Shown one piece after another: positions 1-10,051 of a stretch of 64,000 bases of DNA. The stretch is taken from NCBI GenBank assembly GCA_945888515.1, contig CAMDAD010000010.1:39608-103607 (forward strand), read 5' to 3'. How positions within the stretch are numbered: the stretch's first letter is position 1; the number at the start of each line of letters is the position of its first letter. The notes below the pieces were generated by a model. That model was not told the DNA's origin and did not search any database. It saw nothing but the letters and a program-made list of their open reading frames with translations. The translations under genes were made by a program, and so were the position numbers. Source of the stretch: Akkermansia muciniphila (GTDB taxonomy: Bacteria; Verrucomicrobiota; Verrucomicrobiia; Verrucomicrobiales; Akkermansiaceae).

Positions 1-1
1 G

Positions 2-58
2 CAAGAAGTTCCCTACATCAGGCTCAAGGAATTGCTGGAAAAGCAGGGGCAGAAGTTA
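2..58 (+). CDS. 3' end of a gene that starts upstream of the window (partial)
   Basis: Frame 2 is open from the window edge and reads QEVPYIRLKELLEKQGQKL, then TGA at 56-58. Too short to identify. Confidence 0.25.
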
Positions 59-275
59 TGAAAGTTCACTCGTAGCAAAGTGGCGTCTGGCGACTCTTCA
101 TGCGCACTATGGATGGGAGAAATCGAATCGCAAAATCTCGCCTCCCAGCACAAGCGTTCAAAAAAAGCCTATGAAAAAAGCCGATGTTGCTCTTGCGGAT
201 ACCCGTTGTTATGTTCTCCCTGTCATCAGCAGCACCATTGATGGTTGCCGCTTTCTTTCTCCTTTGTGCAAGTGA

Positions 276-1244
276 TTGACTTTATCTCGACATACAACCA
301 TGCGCCAATCAGTTCCCCAATGGCTTGTCCCATTTGCCATTCTTTGTGTTGTATTGCTGGGGTATTTTGCAAAACAAAAGAAACCGACTGTGGATTACAC
401 CGAAGCGCCAAGCCTCGCAAGCTTTGCGGGGACTGATCCTTCGCGACTGCTTGTGAGACCATTCCGGGCGGGCGATGGTCAAGTGGCACTGGCTTTGGAC
501 GGGGGCGAGTTGCCGATACTGGGAGGTGAAGTGCCGCATCTCGTGTGGGGCAAGAATCATCTGCGCACACTTCATCTTGTGTGGATTCATGATTGGACCG
601 ATGCCAATTGTCGCACGACCCTACAGAAATTGCAGTCGCTATACGAATCCGAGGAGGCCGATGCGTTGCCGGCCTTAAAGCTCCACCTGGCCCCGGTTTT
701 TTCCCATCCGCAGGGTGAGGCCGTTCATCGTGCGATGCTCCAAGTGAAGTCCCGCGCCCGAACCCGCGACCTTTATCAGACCCTTGCACAAGAAATCAGC
801 AATGGATCCCTCGCAGTTGATCCGGATGCCATTCGCAACCGCTGCGAGGAAATCGAACCAGAGCTCCTTGTCGATTGGGAAACTCCGCTGGAATGGTTGC
901 AAAGCGACATGGAAAAAGTATTTGCGATGGCTCAAGCGCAGTTTGCCCGCAACTCGGCAGTCATGGGACAAGACCACGTGAATCAACTGACCTCCATGAT
1001 CGCTGTGTTACCCCCGACGGCAGGTCAGCAAGAGATGATAGATTTTTTGCAGCAGGCGAATCAAGGTCAGCGCCTGTGGCTTCTCGAACTTCCGCTTCCT
1101 CTGCCTGGCATGCCAGCGGTCACTTGCACCTGCAAAGACCCCGCTCATGTCCATGCCTCCGCCATGGCCAGAAGCATGCAGTTGCGCACGGTGCCCGCTG
1201 AAGGTGCTCTCTCTGCTCCCTCCACTGATCCAGATTCACCCTAA
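276..1244 (+). CDS. hypothetical membrane-anchored protein, possibly a thioredoxin/DsbA-like fold without CXXC
   Basis: 322-aa ORF with an N-terminal hydrophobic helix (WLVPFAILCVVLLGYF). The segment HLVWIHDWTDANCRTT resembles the DsbA active-site region but has a single Cys. Alternative ATG at 300. Confidence 0.6.
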   Translation: MTLSRHTTMRQSVPQWLVPFAILCVVLLGYFAKQKKPTVDYTEAPSLASFAGTDPSRLLVRPFRAGDGQVALALDGGELPILGGEVPHLVWGKNHLRTLHLVWIHDWTDANCRTTLQKLQSLYESEEADALPALKLHLAPVFSHPQGEAVHRAMLQVKSRARTRDLYQTLAQEISNGSLAVDPDAIRNRCEEIEPELLVDWETPLEWLQSDMEKVFAMAQAQFARNSAVMGQDHVNQLTSMIAVLPPTAGQQEMIDFLQQANQGQRLWLLELPLPLPGMPAVTCTCKDPAHVHASAMARSMQLRTVPAEGALSAPSTDPDSP

Positions 1245-1381
1245 CACGTTGGCTTAATTTATCGCGAAAATGTTTTGATTAAACGGCAAAAGCTGTTAGC
1301 ATGACTCGTTCTCTGCCACGGCGAAGAAAAACTTTCGATTCGCAACTCCTGCGACACAAAAACCACACATCCCGGTAACCC

Positions 1382-4300
1382 ATGAAGCTGATTGCGGCAT
1401 TGATTTCCCTGTTGGTTCTCGTCCCTCGTGTTTCAGAGGCGCAGACCACGATCAATGCTGTCTATTTCGGACAAACGCATGTGCTGAAGGCCAGTGATAC
1501 GTATTTCGGCCTAGTGGGCAATCGCGAGGCTCTGATCAAAGCGCATGTGATCAATCCCGCCGCACCCGCATCGCCCGCGGTCAGTGCGACGCTCTCACTG
1601 GGTGGTCAGACACTCGTCGTTCCGCTCACAGGTCCAGCGACGCTGCCTGCTTCGATTCCTGATGGGCCTGGTGTCGTCCAGCACTCGTTCGCCAACACCT
1701 TCACCGGTTATATTCCCGCCGCATGGGTGAAAACGGGCTTGCAGGTCACAGTCACCGCTGGATCGGCCAGTATTAGGATTACGGACATGAAGGTAGGTGC
1801 TCCGAGCAAGGTTCTCATGACCATGCTGGACATCCATTATTTTTCGCAGACTACTGGCAATTATCCAAATGGCACATTCGATGAGATCGAGGCGAAATGG
1901 CCGGTGGCAGATCTTGAAATTCGCCGCCGATCCAATGTCGTATTTCCAGAACTGGTAATTCCTCCGCGTGGTGGAGCACCTGCTGCCCGCGTCAAGTCGA
2001 GAGCGGACTACACAGCCCAGACTGGTCTTCCATTTGACGGCGAGCAGGCTGCGGCCCTGGAGTGGAATGCTGCGTTGAAGCGAGCCGCAGGTCGATCTGG
2101 TGGCTGGAGCCTTTATTATCTCAATATTTACAACGCAAATGCCGGTGGACAGGCCGGCGGCTTCGCGGGTGTGGGAAATGGCACCTCCGTCGGCATCCTG
2201 CACCATGAACTGGGCCATGCACTATCTCTTCCGCACTGGGGCGACAGCGCAGCCTATCCTTACAAAGGAGCAATGCATGGGATCTCGGCGCCATCAATTT
2301 ACAATGCCACTCACGCAGGTCCTGCATGGGCTTTCGACCTTCGAAATAAGGCTTTCATCCCCTGCAAAACGCAATCTGGTAATACGGGAGGCAACACGGT
2401 AGGCACTTACAAAGCAGATCCCATGCAAGGAGGTGGGACCGGATGGCAGGAGCCTGCTTATCTCATGAATCATTTCTCGGATTACTCGGTGAATCAAATG
2501 CGCAGCTACCTGCACAGTCACATGGTCGTGTGGAACCCGGCATTAAATAGCTACGCTAGATGGAACCAGGCCGCCGGCGACTACACCACCACGCTGACAA
2601 ACAACGGTGTGCAATTCCCAACCACCCGGGACGTCCAAGTGATCAGTATCATGGCTACGATGTCTGGTGCCAAACCGGATGTTACCATGGTTTACCCTCC
2701 CATCGGACCCTACACCTCTGGGCTCATCAGGCTCTTTGATGCTACGGTCTCCGCCGATCGGTCGGCGGCCAATTCGCTCTTCAATCTTTCTAACAACTGC
2801 GACTACAGTGCAAGAGTGCTGCAGAATGGCGTGACTAAGACCTACATCATCCCAGCGTCATCCTTGACATCCGCCGACCCCTTGAATGCGAACAGCATAG
2901 AAACCGAGGCGATTAACCTGCCTGCCTCTGCGGGCACCGTGACTAAGATTGAACTGCTCTCCACTCCCAACGTCGAGGACGTTGGCCTGCCGACCAATCC
3001 CTCAATACTTTATACATGGTCGGCATTCGCACCGGAGGTGGCCGCCTTCGAAATCGCGCCTCTTGCCTATAGCACATCGACCATTTCGATGAGAGCCGTT
3101 GAAGGGCAGCTTGCCCCCGGCTTCACCGGTCCGGTGGAATACCGATTTACGGAAACTACGGGCAACCCCGGTGCCAGTTCTAGTGGATGGCAAGCCAGCA
3201 GGACTTATACCGACTCCGGCCTTCAAGCTGGCACTGCTTATTCCTACAGGGTTGAAATGCGAGCTGGATCCCTAACTGCCGCGCCCTCGGTGGTGATGTC
3301 TGCCACCACCTCCAACGCGCCGGCTAAACAAAGTGTGGTTGTGAACTCCACCCAGCAGTTCAATTTGCAAAGCGGTAGTGGTTTGAAAGGTGTCACGGGA
3401 CTGGGCACCTTCAATGCGAGTGGAGCCGACAAGCTCGTAGTGGTGATTTCCACAGAGGACGCTAACAACGCAGGCACTGGATTGGTCTATGAGGTCCGCT
3501 ACAATGGCAAAGTCATGACGGAGGCCATTCAGGAAAACGCGGGCGGTAATACCGGCACAGCCGCGATTTTCTTCCTTGATAATCCCGGGTCAATTGGTAG
3601 CGGCACGATCCAAGTATCGGCCGAGAATCCTAACGGCGGTATCGGTTGTGCTTACGCATTGTCCCATACCATGGCGGGGTTTGGCAGTTCCAATAGAAGA
3701 ACAGGTAGCACGGCTAATTCGGTGAACATCACTACGATAGGCGACGGCTCAGTCGTCATCGCAGTGATCGATAACGCCGGTAAGCCAAACAACTCTGGAA
3801 CTCCGACAGTCAATACGCCACTGATTCAAGCTAGTACAGGCTCCTGGGGTAGCCAGTGGGGCGGACATGCTTCGGGCTACCAAGCGGTCATCTCGCCCAC
3901 TACCCTCACGCTGGCCTTTACCACAAGCACGGGAACGGATTACTCGATCAATATCGCCGCTGTTGAGTTTCCAGCGCGGCCTCCATCACCGAACCGATGG
4001 ATCCAAACGGCGGGCGGAACACGAAACTGGACGGAATCGACAAACTGGGACGACGGCATCGTTCCCAGTCCAGCGTCTGGCACGACGATGGACTTTAGCA
4101 CGGTCAATATTGGTGCTAATACTACCGTGAATCTGGGGGCAGACCGCGCTGCGCAACTCTGGAAATTCGGTGATACCTCAGGCACACAGCGCTGGATTGT
4201 CAGCGCTGGAAATACACTCACGCTGGCTGGCATTACGCCCGGATTTCAGGTCAACAACGCAACCACTCAGATCGATAGCATCATCGCTGGCACGGCAGGC

Positions 4301-7300
4301 TTATCGAAAACTGGTGAGGGAAATCTCACTCTCACTGGCGCTAATTCCTACACTGGCGCTACTACCATCAACGGCGGCGTCTTGCAAATTGGCAACGCTG
4401 GAACGACTGGCTCACTCGCCGTCGCCAGTTCGATCACCAATCATTCCTCAATCGTCTTCAATCGCAGCAACACCATCACCCAAGGAACTGACTTCGCTAC
4501 GGTGATCGCGGGCACAGGAACGCTCACCAAGAGTGGCGCAGGCAATCTCATCCTCAGTGGTTCTAACACCTACACGGGCACTACCACCATTTCTGCTGGC
4601 ACACTGCAACTGGGCAACGGAGGCACATCGGGAACGCTTTCTCCTTCTAGTGCCATTATCAATCATGCTGCTCTTGTGTTTGACCGTAGCAATGGAGTGA
4701 TCCAAGGTGTGGGTTTTGCTGATGCGATTTCCGGCACTGGTTCCCTCACCAATGACGGCACTGGCTCCCTCACACTCAATAGCGCCAATACCTACAGTGG
4801 CCTTACCACCGTCAATGCTTCTGCTCTTAAAGTCCTCCACGCGAACGCCCTAGGCACCACAGCCGCGGGCACTGTTGTGAACGGTAGTGGATCGGCAACT
4901 GCGTCCAACGCGCGCCTCGATCTCGAAGGCGGCATCACGATCACTGGGGAATTCCTCACGCTGAGTGGCGCGGGTAATTTCTTCGGTGCCTTGAGCAGCA
5001 CAAGCGGAAGCAATGTATGGGCGGGAAATGTCACCATCGCATCGGCCGGAACGCGTCTTGGTGCGACCACGGGGAATACGCTCACGATCAGTGGCGTCAT
5101 CGATAGTGGCGCGCTGGATACTGGACTTATCATACGCACACAGGATCTCGCTTCTCCTGTGATCCTCTCTGGTGCGAATACCTATCTCGGGGATACCACC
5201 GTTTTGGTCGGGAAACTTCAGCTGAGTGGAGGAAACAACCGATTGCCTATCATGACAAAATTGGTATTGGGCAGCAGTGGCACCAATCCCGATGCTGAAA
5301 TCGATCTAAACGGAAGAAGTCAGGAGGTGGCAGGATTGGCTCTGATTAGCACCGCTACTCCATCTAAAAATTCGATTAATAATTCTAGCACCACTGCCGC
5401 AGCGCTCACCGTGAATGCTACCTCGCCTTCTACCTTTGCCAGCACCCTGAAAGGAAACCTCGCCCTTGTAAAAACCGGTTCCGATTCTTTGACGCTTTCC
5501 GGAGGCATGACCTATAGCGGGAACACTACAGTCGGCGCAGGGACTCTGGTCATTTCCGCTGGCAATCCCTCTATAGCGGGTGGTCTTTTTTTTGGTTCGG
5601 CAAATGCGAGCAGTGATCTCGGTAATCTCAATCTAACTACTTCCAGTGCTACCTTCGCTGGTTCTGCTCTGGTGCGAACAAACAATGCTTTAGCCAACAG
5701 CATCTTGATTGGTCATTCCAGAACTTTGACCATCGATGGTGGGCTAACTCTCGGCTATGATGCTGCAGGAGGTTCGGGTGAGACTCACTCTGGCCTCACA
5801 GTTGCCGGCGCGGGCACGATGGTTGTCAACGGCGAGAACATCAATATCAGTGTCAATCAAGCTGCGATCAATCAAGCTTATTGGAGTAGGGGAACGCTCG
5901 ATGTGAGTGATCTTGCTGCGTTTAGCACCAACGTCACAAACTTCCATATTGGCGTGGGTAATCAATCGCAAGGTCCTGGCGATGTGCTTTTGTCCAACGT
6001 TGCTAATACCATTCTCGCGACCACGCTCCAAGTGGGCAATACGGGTGCCAATAACGGACGGGGCACCAGCAAGCTGATCCTCGGCACCGGCACGAACCGC
6101 TTACAGGCTGATACCATCTACATTGGCCGCAACAAAGGCTCGGGCCCTGGCCTTGTTGCCTTCGCTTCCCAAGCCGCTGGCAGCCCCGGTACAGTCATCA
6201 TTGCCAATAGAGCAGGCAATGGCAGATCCAACCTCGAAATCGCCAATCAGCTGAGCAACGGCACGGCAGCGGGTGCCATCGGAACCCTTGACCTCAGAGG
6301 ACACGTCGCCTCGGTTACTGCTGGAAATGTCATCCTCGCAGCTTCCTCCGCCGCATTTAGCACAGGCAGTCCTCACGGCGTCCTTTCCTTCGATGCTGGC
6401 ACCTTCGATGTCAACACGCTGAACATGGCGATCAAATCCGGTGCGAGCACCGGCACGGCTAATGCCACTCTGAATGTCGGCGGCGGTACCTTTACCGTAA
6501 ACACCACCTTCACACTCGGTTCCCATGCCAATGGGGGGGCCGCTGTGGCGACTCTCAACATCACCGGTGGCACTTTTGTCTCGCATCCGGATATCACTAA
6601 AACGGGTAGTACTTCTACAAGTGCGACGATTAACCTCGATGGCCCAGTCGCCACGACCACGCTTGACATGACCGGTAATGCCATAGGCACATCCGCACAG
6701 CCCATCACTCTCAACGCGAGACAGGGCACGCTGAGAAACCTCGCATCGATCAACGGCAGCGCTGGGTTGACGAAGAGCTCTGCAGGCACGGTGATACTCC
6801 GAGGCTCGAACACATATTCTGGACCTACGATCATCCAAGCCGGAACGCTCGCCTTGGGCGAAAACAATGCGCTTCCGGGCACCTCAATCACTTTGGCTGA
6901 TGCCACGCTCGATGCCGCCACATTCACTGATGCCGTCGGCACACTTGAAGTCACGGGCAATGCTAGCATCCATCTCGGAACGGGCGCCGCGCTCACTTTT
7001 TCCGATAGCAGCGCCATTCCCTGGACTGGCACGCTCACGATCTCCGGCACCTTCGTTTCAGGTTCTTCGATTCGTTTCGGCACTTCCGATAGCGGCCTCA
7101 CCGCTGAGCAGTTGTCCCGCATCATCAAGCCGGGAGGAGGTTCACTGGCATTGGACTCTAGTGGTTTCCTTGTTGATGCACCTGTCAGTGCCTACAGCGC
7201 TTGGGCCAGCACCCACGCGCCCAACAGTACGCACGGCGAGGATGAAGACAACGATGGCGTTTGCAACGCCGTGGAATTCGTATTGGGCGGTAGTGTGTTG

Positions 7301-7594
7301 CGCAATGATATCGCCTTACTTCCCACCATGTCCCATTCCGGTGGAAACATCCTCTTCAGCTTCAAAAGAATTCAAACCTCGATCAACCCTTCCACGTCGG
7401 TCAGCATTCAAGTCGGTACGGCACTGCACTCTTGGCCTGGTAATTATTTAGTGGGAGAGGACACGGCCAGTTCTTCTGCAGGAGTGACGGTTCAAAAAGG
7501 CCAGCCTATTGGGTTCGACACGGTAACGCTAAGCATTCCGCGATCTCCCGATCGTCAAAAATTCCTCCGCCTTAACGTAACCATTGCGCCGTGA
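1382..7594 (+). CDS. giant secreted protein: M66-like HExxH zinc metallopeptidase domain + FN3 + autotransporter-associated beta-strand repeats + Tsp3-like C-terminal module
   Basis: Signal peptide MKLIAALISLLVLVPRVSEAQ. HHELGH at 2201-2218, followed by LPHWGD...YPYKG. FN3-like GTAYSYRVEMRAG. More than 10 repeats of the type TKSGAGNLILSGSNTYTGTTTISAGTLQLGN. DEDNDGVCNAVEF near the C terminus. No beta-barrel translocator is evident. Confidence 0.9.
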   Translation: MKLIAALISLLVLVPRVSEAQTTINAVYFGQTHVLKASDTYFGLVGNREALIKAHVINPAAPASPAVSATLSLGGQTLVVPLTGPATLPASIPDGPGVVQHSFANTFTGYIPAAWVKTGLQVTVTAGSASIRITDMKVGAPSKVLMTMLDIHYFSQTTGNYPNGTFDEIEAKWPVADLEIRRRSNVVFPELVIPPRGGAPAARVKSRADYTAQTGLPFDGEQAAALEWNAALKRAAGRSGGWSLYYLNIYNANAGGQAGGFAGVGNGTSVGILHHELGHALSLPHWGDSAAYPYKGAMHGISAPSIYNATHAGPAWAFDLRNKAFIPCKTQSGNTGGNTVGTYKADPMQGGGTGWQEPAYLMNHFSDYSVNQMRSYLHSHMVVWNPALNSYARWNQAAGDYTTTLTNNGVQFPTTRDVQVISIMATMSGAKPDVTMVYPPIGPYTSGLIRLFDATVSADRSAANSLFNLSNNCDYSARVLQNGVTKTYIIPASSLTSADPLNANSIETEAINLPASAGTVTKIELLSTPNVEDVGLPTNPSILYTWSAFAPEVAAFEIAPLAYSTSTISMRAVEGQLAPGFTGPVEYRFTETTGNPGASSSGWQASRTYTDSGLQAGTAYSYRVEMRAGSLTAAPSVVMSATTSNAPAKQSVVVNSTQQFNLQSGSGLKGVTGLGTFNASGADKLVVVISTEDANNAGTGLVYEVRYNGKVMTEAIQENAGGNTGTAAIFFLDNPGSIGSGTIQVSAENPNGGIGCAYALSHTMAGFGSSNRRTGSTANSVNITTIGDGSVVIAVIDNAGKPNNSGTPTVNTPLIQASTGSWGSQWGGHASGYQAVISPTTLTLAFTTSTGTDYSINIAAVEFPARPPSPNRWIQTAGGTRNWTESTNWDDGIVPSPASGTTMDFSTVNIGANTTVNLGADRAAQLWKFGDTSGTQRWIVSAGNTLTLAGITPGFQVNNATTQIDSIIAGTAGLSKTGEGNLTLTGANSYTGATTINGGVLQIGNAGTTGSLAVASSITNHSSIVFNRSNTITQGTDFATVIAGTGTLTKSGAGNLILSGSNTYTGTTTISAGTLQLGNGGTSGTLSPSSAIINHAALVFDRSNGVIQGVGFADAISGTGSLTNDGTGSLTLNSANTYSGLTTVNASALKVLHANALGTTAAGTVVNGSGSATASNARLDLEGGITITGEFLTLSGAGNFFGALSSTSGSNVWAGNVTIASAGTRLGATTGNTLTISGVIDSGALDTGLIIRTQDLASPVILSGANTYLGDTTVLVGKLQLSGGNNRLPIMTKLVLGSSGTNPDAEIDLNGRSQEVAGLALISTATPSKNSINNSSTTAAALTVNATSPSTFASTLKGNLALVKTGSDSLTLSGGMTYSGNTTVGAGTLVISAGNPSIAGGLFFGSANASSDLGNLNLTTSSATFAGSALVRTNNALANSILIGHSRTLTIDGGLTLGYDAAGGSGETHSGLTVAGAGTMVVNGENINISVNQAAINQAYWSRGTLDVSDLAAFSTNVTNFHIGVGNQSQGPGDVLLSNVANTILATTLQVGNTGANNGRGTSKLILGTGTNRLQADTIYIGRNKGSGPGLVAFASQAAGSPGTVIIANRAGNGRSNLEIANQLSNGTAAGAIGTLDLRGHVASVTAGNVILAASSAAFSTGSPHGVLSFDAGTFDVNTLNMAIKSGASTGTANATLNVGGGTFTVNTTFTLGSHANGGAAVATLNITGGTFVSHPDITKTGSTSTSATINLDGPVATTTLDMTGNAIGTSAQPITLNARQGTLRNLASINGSAGLTKSSAGTVILRGSNTYSGPTIIQAGTLALGENNALPGTSITLADATLDAATFTDAVGTLEVTGNASIHLGTGAALTFSDSSAIPWTGTLTISGTFVSGSSIRFGTSDSGLTAEQLSRIIKPGGGSLALDSSGFLVDAPVSAYSAWASTHAPNSTHGEDEDNDGVCNAVEFVLGGSVLRNDIALLPTMSHSGGNILFSFKRIQTSINPSTSVSIQVGTALHSWPGNYLVGEDTASSSAGVTVQKGQPIGFDTVTLSIPRSPDRQKFLRLNVTIAP

Positions 7595-7737
7595 TTTTCT
7601 CAATGACACGCCCATCAGTCTCTCCATGGGCAGGCGAACTGCTGCTCTTTGCAGAGGCAAGATCGGACGGAAAAATTTGTATCGCCTGAGATTTTGTGAT
7701 GTTCTGAGCGAGCGAATGAGCATCGGTGCGGAGGTCA

Positions 7738-8760
7738 TCATGTGGTTTCAAGGCCCCAGTCCATTTGCTGGGCGATCGCGTGTTGAATCGCCTCGTTGAC
7801 TTTGTTTTCTGCTGTTTCCATGCCGACGCGGAGCGCGTTTTGGATGGCAAGAGCGCTGGAGGAACCATGGGCAATGATGACGACGCCATTCACGCCTAAC
7901 AAAGGGCTGCCGCCGTAGCTTTCGTAGGAAGACTTGGCTTTCAGAGCTTTGAAAGCTCCTTTTGCCATCGTTGCACCGATCGCACGCAGAGGATTGGCGG
8001 TGAGTTCCTGTTTGAGCCATTTGCTCATGGCTTTCGCGGTGGCTTCGCAGGATTTAAGGACGATGTTGCCGACGAATCCATCGCACAGCACGACATGGAG
8101 TGGCTTCTCAAAAAGATCGTGGCCCTCGACGTTTCCTATGAAATGAATGCCATGCGTTTTCTTGAGGAGGTCGAAGGTTTCCTTGGTGAAGGTGGTGCCT
8201 TTTTCGTCTTCTTCGCCGTTGGACATGAGGCCGACCAACGGGTCCGCCACGCCTAACACATGTTTGGCGAATGCAGTGCCCATGATGGCGTAACCAATGA
8301 GGTGATGCGGCTTGGCTTCGGGGTTAGCCCCCGCATCGAGGATGTTGCAAACGCCATGTTCATTCGGAAGCGGGGACGCGATGCCTGCGCGATTGATGCC
8401 TTCGATGAGACGCAGTTTGATCGTGGCTGAGGCCACACAAGCTCCCGTATTTCCCGCGGAAATGAATGCATCGGCATCGCCAGTTTTGACGAGCTCGATG
8501 GCGATATTGATAGAGGATTTTTTTTTGCGTCGCACGGAAAGGGCTCCGGGCTCCGCCATGGTGATCACTTCCGATGCATGAACGATGGTGATGCGATCAC
8601 TTTCAAGCTCATGTTTCTTACACTCGGCCTCAAGAGTGGGACCATCACCGACGAGGAAGATTTTTTGTATTTTCGGATAGAGGGCAAGTGCCTGTTTCGC
8701 TCCGAGGATATTGACTGTGGGAGCGTGGTCGCCTCCCATGGCATCGAGTGCGAGTTTCAT
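7738..8760 (-). CDS. plsX: phosphate acyltransferase PlsX
   Basis: MKLALDAMGGDHAP, SAGNTGA, LDAGAN, CDGFVGNIVLK and GVNGVVIIAHGSS are collinear with E. coli PlsX. Confidence 0.95.
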   Translation of the reverse strand: MKLALDAMGGDHAPTVNILGAKQALALYPKIQKIFLVGDGPTLEAECKKHELESDRITIVHASEVITMAEPGALSVRRKKKSSINIAIELVKTGDADAFISAGNTGACVASATIKLRLIEGINRAGIASPLPNEHGVCNILDAGANPEAKPHHLIGYAIMGTAFAKHVLGVADPLVGLMSNGEEDEKGTTFTKETFDLLKKTHGIHFIGNVEGHDLFEKPLHVVLCDGFVGNIVLKSCEATAKAMSKWLKQELTANPLRAIGATMAKGAFKALKAKSSYESYGGSPLLGVNGVVIIAHGSSSALAIQNALRVGMETAENKVNEAIQHAIAQQMDWGLETT

Positions 8761-8768
8761 AAGGTATG

Positions 8769-10022
8769 TCAGATCAGGCCGTCTTTGCGGGCTTGTTTCC
8801 AGTAGGCATATTCACTGCGGTTGAAATCGATGTATTCTGGGGACAGGTCGCTGGTATACATCGTGTAATTCGCTTCTCCTTGGTTGAGCTGGATTTCCAC
8901 GGTGAATTCTGGCTTTGCTGCAATGGCGCGGAGCTCGTCCATGGCGGTGGTTGCTTGTAGTCCGCCGATACAGGCAGCCTTGCCGTTGAGGAAAATATCC
9001 ACAAGCTCCTCGCGGATGCGGGCGCGAGAGTAGCCGACAGCGTGTATGATACGCCCCCAGTTCGGATCGCCTCCATTCCAAGAGGATTTGACGAGAGCAG
9101 ATTTGCTAACGGCTTCAGCGACCTTTTTCGCATCGAGATAAGTGCGTGCGCCCTTGACCTCTACGGTGACAAATTTCGTGACGCGCTCGCCATCGCGCAC
9201 TACGGCTTTCGCGAGTTCGAGCATGACCGACTTCATCCCTGCACGGAAGAGCTTGCAGGCGCTCGAATTGCGGCGGATCACGGGCATGCCGGATTTACCG
9301 TTTGCGAGAACAAGCACGGTGTCGTTAGTGCTCATGTCGCCATCGATGGTAATGCGATTGAAAGACTCCTCTACGACCTCCAGCGTGCATTTGCGCAGGC
9401 AGTCTGAGGTGATATGGGCATCGGTCGTGATAAAGCAGAGCATGGTCGCCATGCTTGGGCTGATCATGCCTGCTCCCTTGACGCAGCCGCCGATGCGTAC
9501 TTTGTGTCCATCGATATCAAAAGAGATCGCAAATTCTTTCGCATGGGTGTCCGAGGTGATGATGGCGGCGGCGACTTCTGATCCGTTTTTTGGACCGAGT
9601 TTCTGGACGAGTTCGGGGATGCGAGTTTCGATGCGTGACATGGGCATGGGCAGCCCGATGACACCCGTGGAGCAAACCCCGATTTCAGAGGTATTGAGAC
9701 CGAGTTCTTGGGCGGTGGCGGAGCATATCGCTTTCGCATCGCGGATGCCGACGACGCCGGTGCAGGCATTGGCATTGCCGGAATTTGCAATGATCGCGCG
9801 TAGTTCTCCGCGTCGTAGGTGTGCCTGAGAGAGCTTGACGGGAGCTGCCTTGACGCGATTCGTAGTAAATGTTCCAGCAGAAACGCATGGCGTTTCAGAG
9901 AGAATGAGGGCGAGATCGAGACGATCGGCGTCTGGATTTTTGATCCCACAGGAAACAGCTGAGGTGAGAAATCCGTGCGGTGCACCAACGCCGCCTTTGA
10001 TTTTGGTGAATTGTGAATCCAT
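8769..10022 (-). CDS. argJ: bifunctional glutamate N-acetyltransferase / amino-acid acetyltransferase ArgJ
   Basis: Typical ArgJ N terminus GGVGAPHGFLTSAVSCGIK. Self-cleavage region ATMLCFITTDA. Length is 417 aa. Confidence 0.95.
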   Translation of the reverse strand: MDSQFTKIKGGVGAPHGFLTSAVSCGIKNPDADRLDLALILSETPCVSAGTFTTNRVKAAPVKLSQAHLRRGELRAIIANSGNANACTGVVGIRDAKAICSATAQELGLNTSEIGVCSTGVIGLPMPMSRIETRIPELVQKLGPKNGSEVAAAIITSDTHAKEFAISFDIDGHKVRIGGCVKGAGMISPSMATMLCFITTDAHITSDCLRKCTLEVVEESFNRITIDGDMSTNDTVLVLANGKSGMPVIRRNSSACKLFRAGMKSVMLELAKAVVRDGERVTKFVTVEVKGARTYLDAKKVAEAVSKSALVKSSWNGGDPNWGRIIHAVGYSRARIREELVDIFLNGKAACIGGLQATTAMDELRAIAAKPEFTVEIQLNQGEANYTMYTSDLSPEYIDFNRSEYAYWKQARKDGLI

Positions 10023-10051
10023 GTGAGGTAAGCGCGATGTTAAACTTCAGA

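Noticed and set aside
1595-7128. Multiple 60-250-aa ORFs on both strands inside the 2070-aa gene (for example 1595-2218, 6101-6838, 6373-7128, 6867-7451)
   Set aside because: They are nested in a continuous, repeat-rich but clearly coding 6.2-kb ORF. Repetitive Gly/Thr/Ala codons keep the other frames open.
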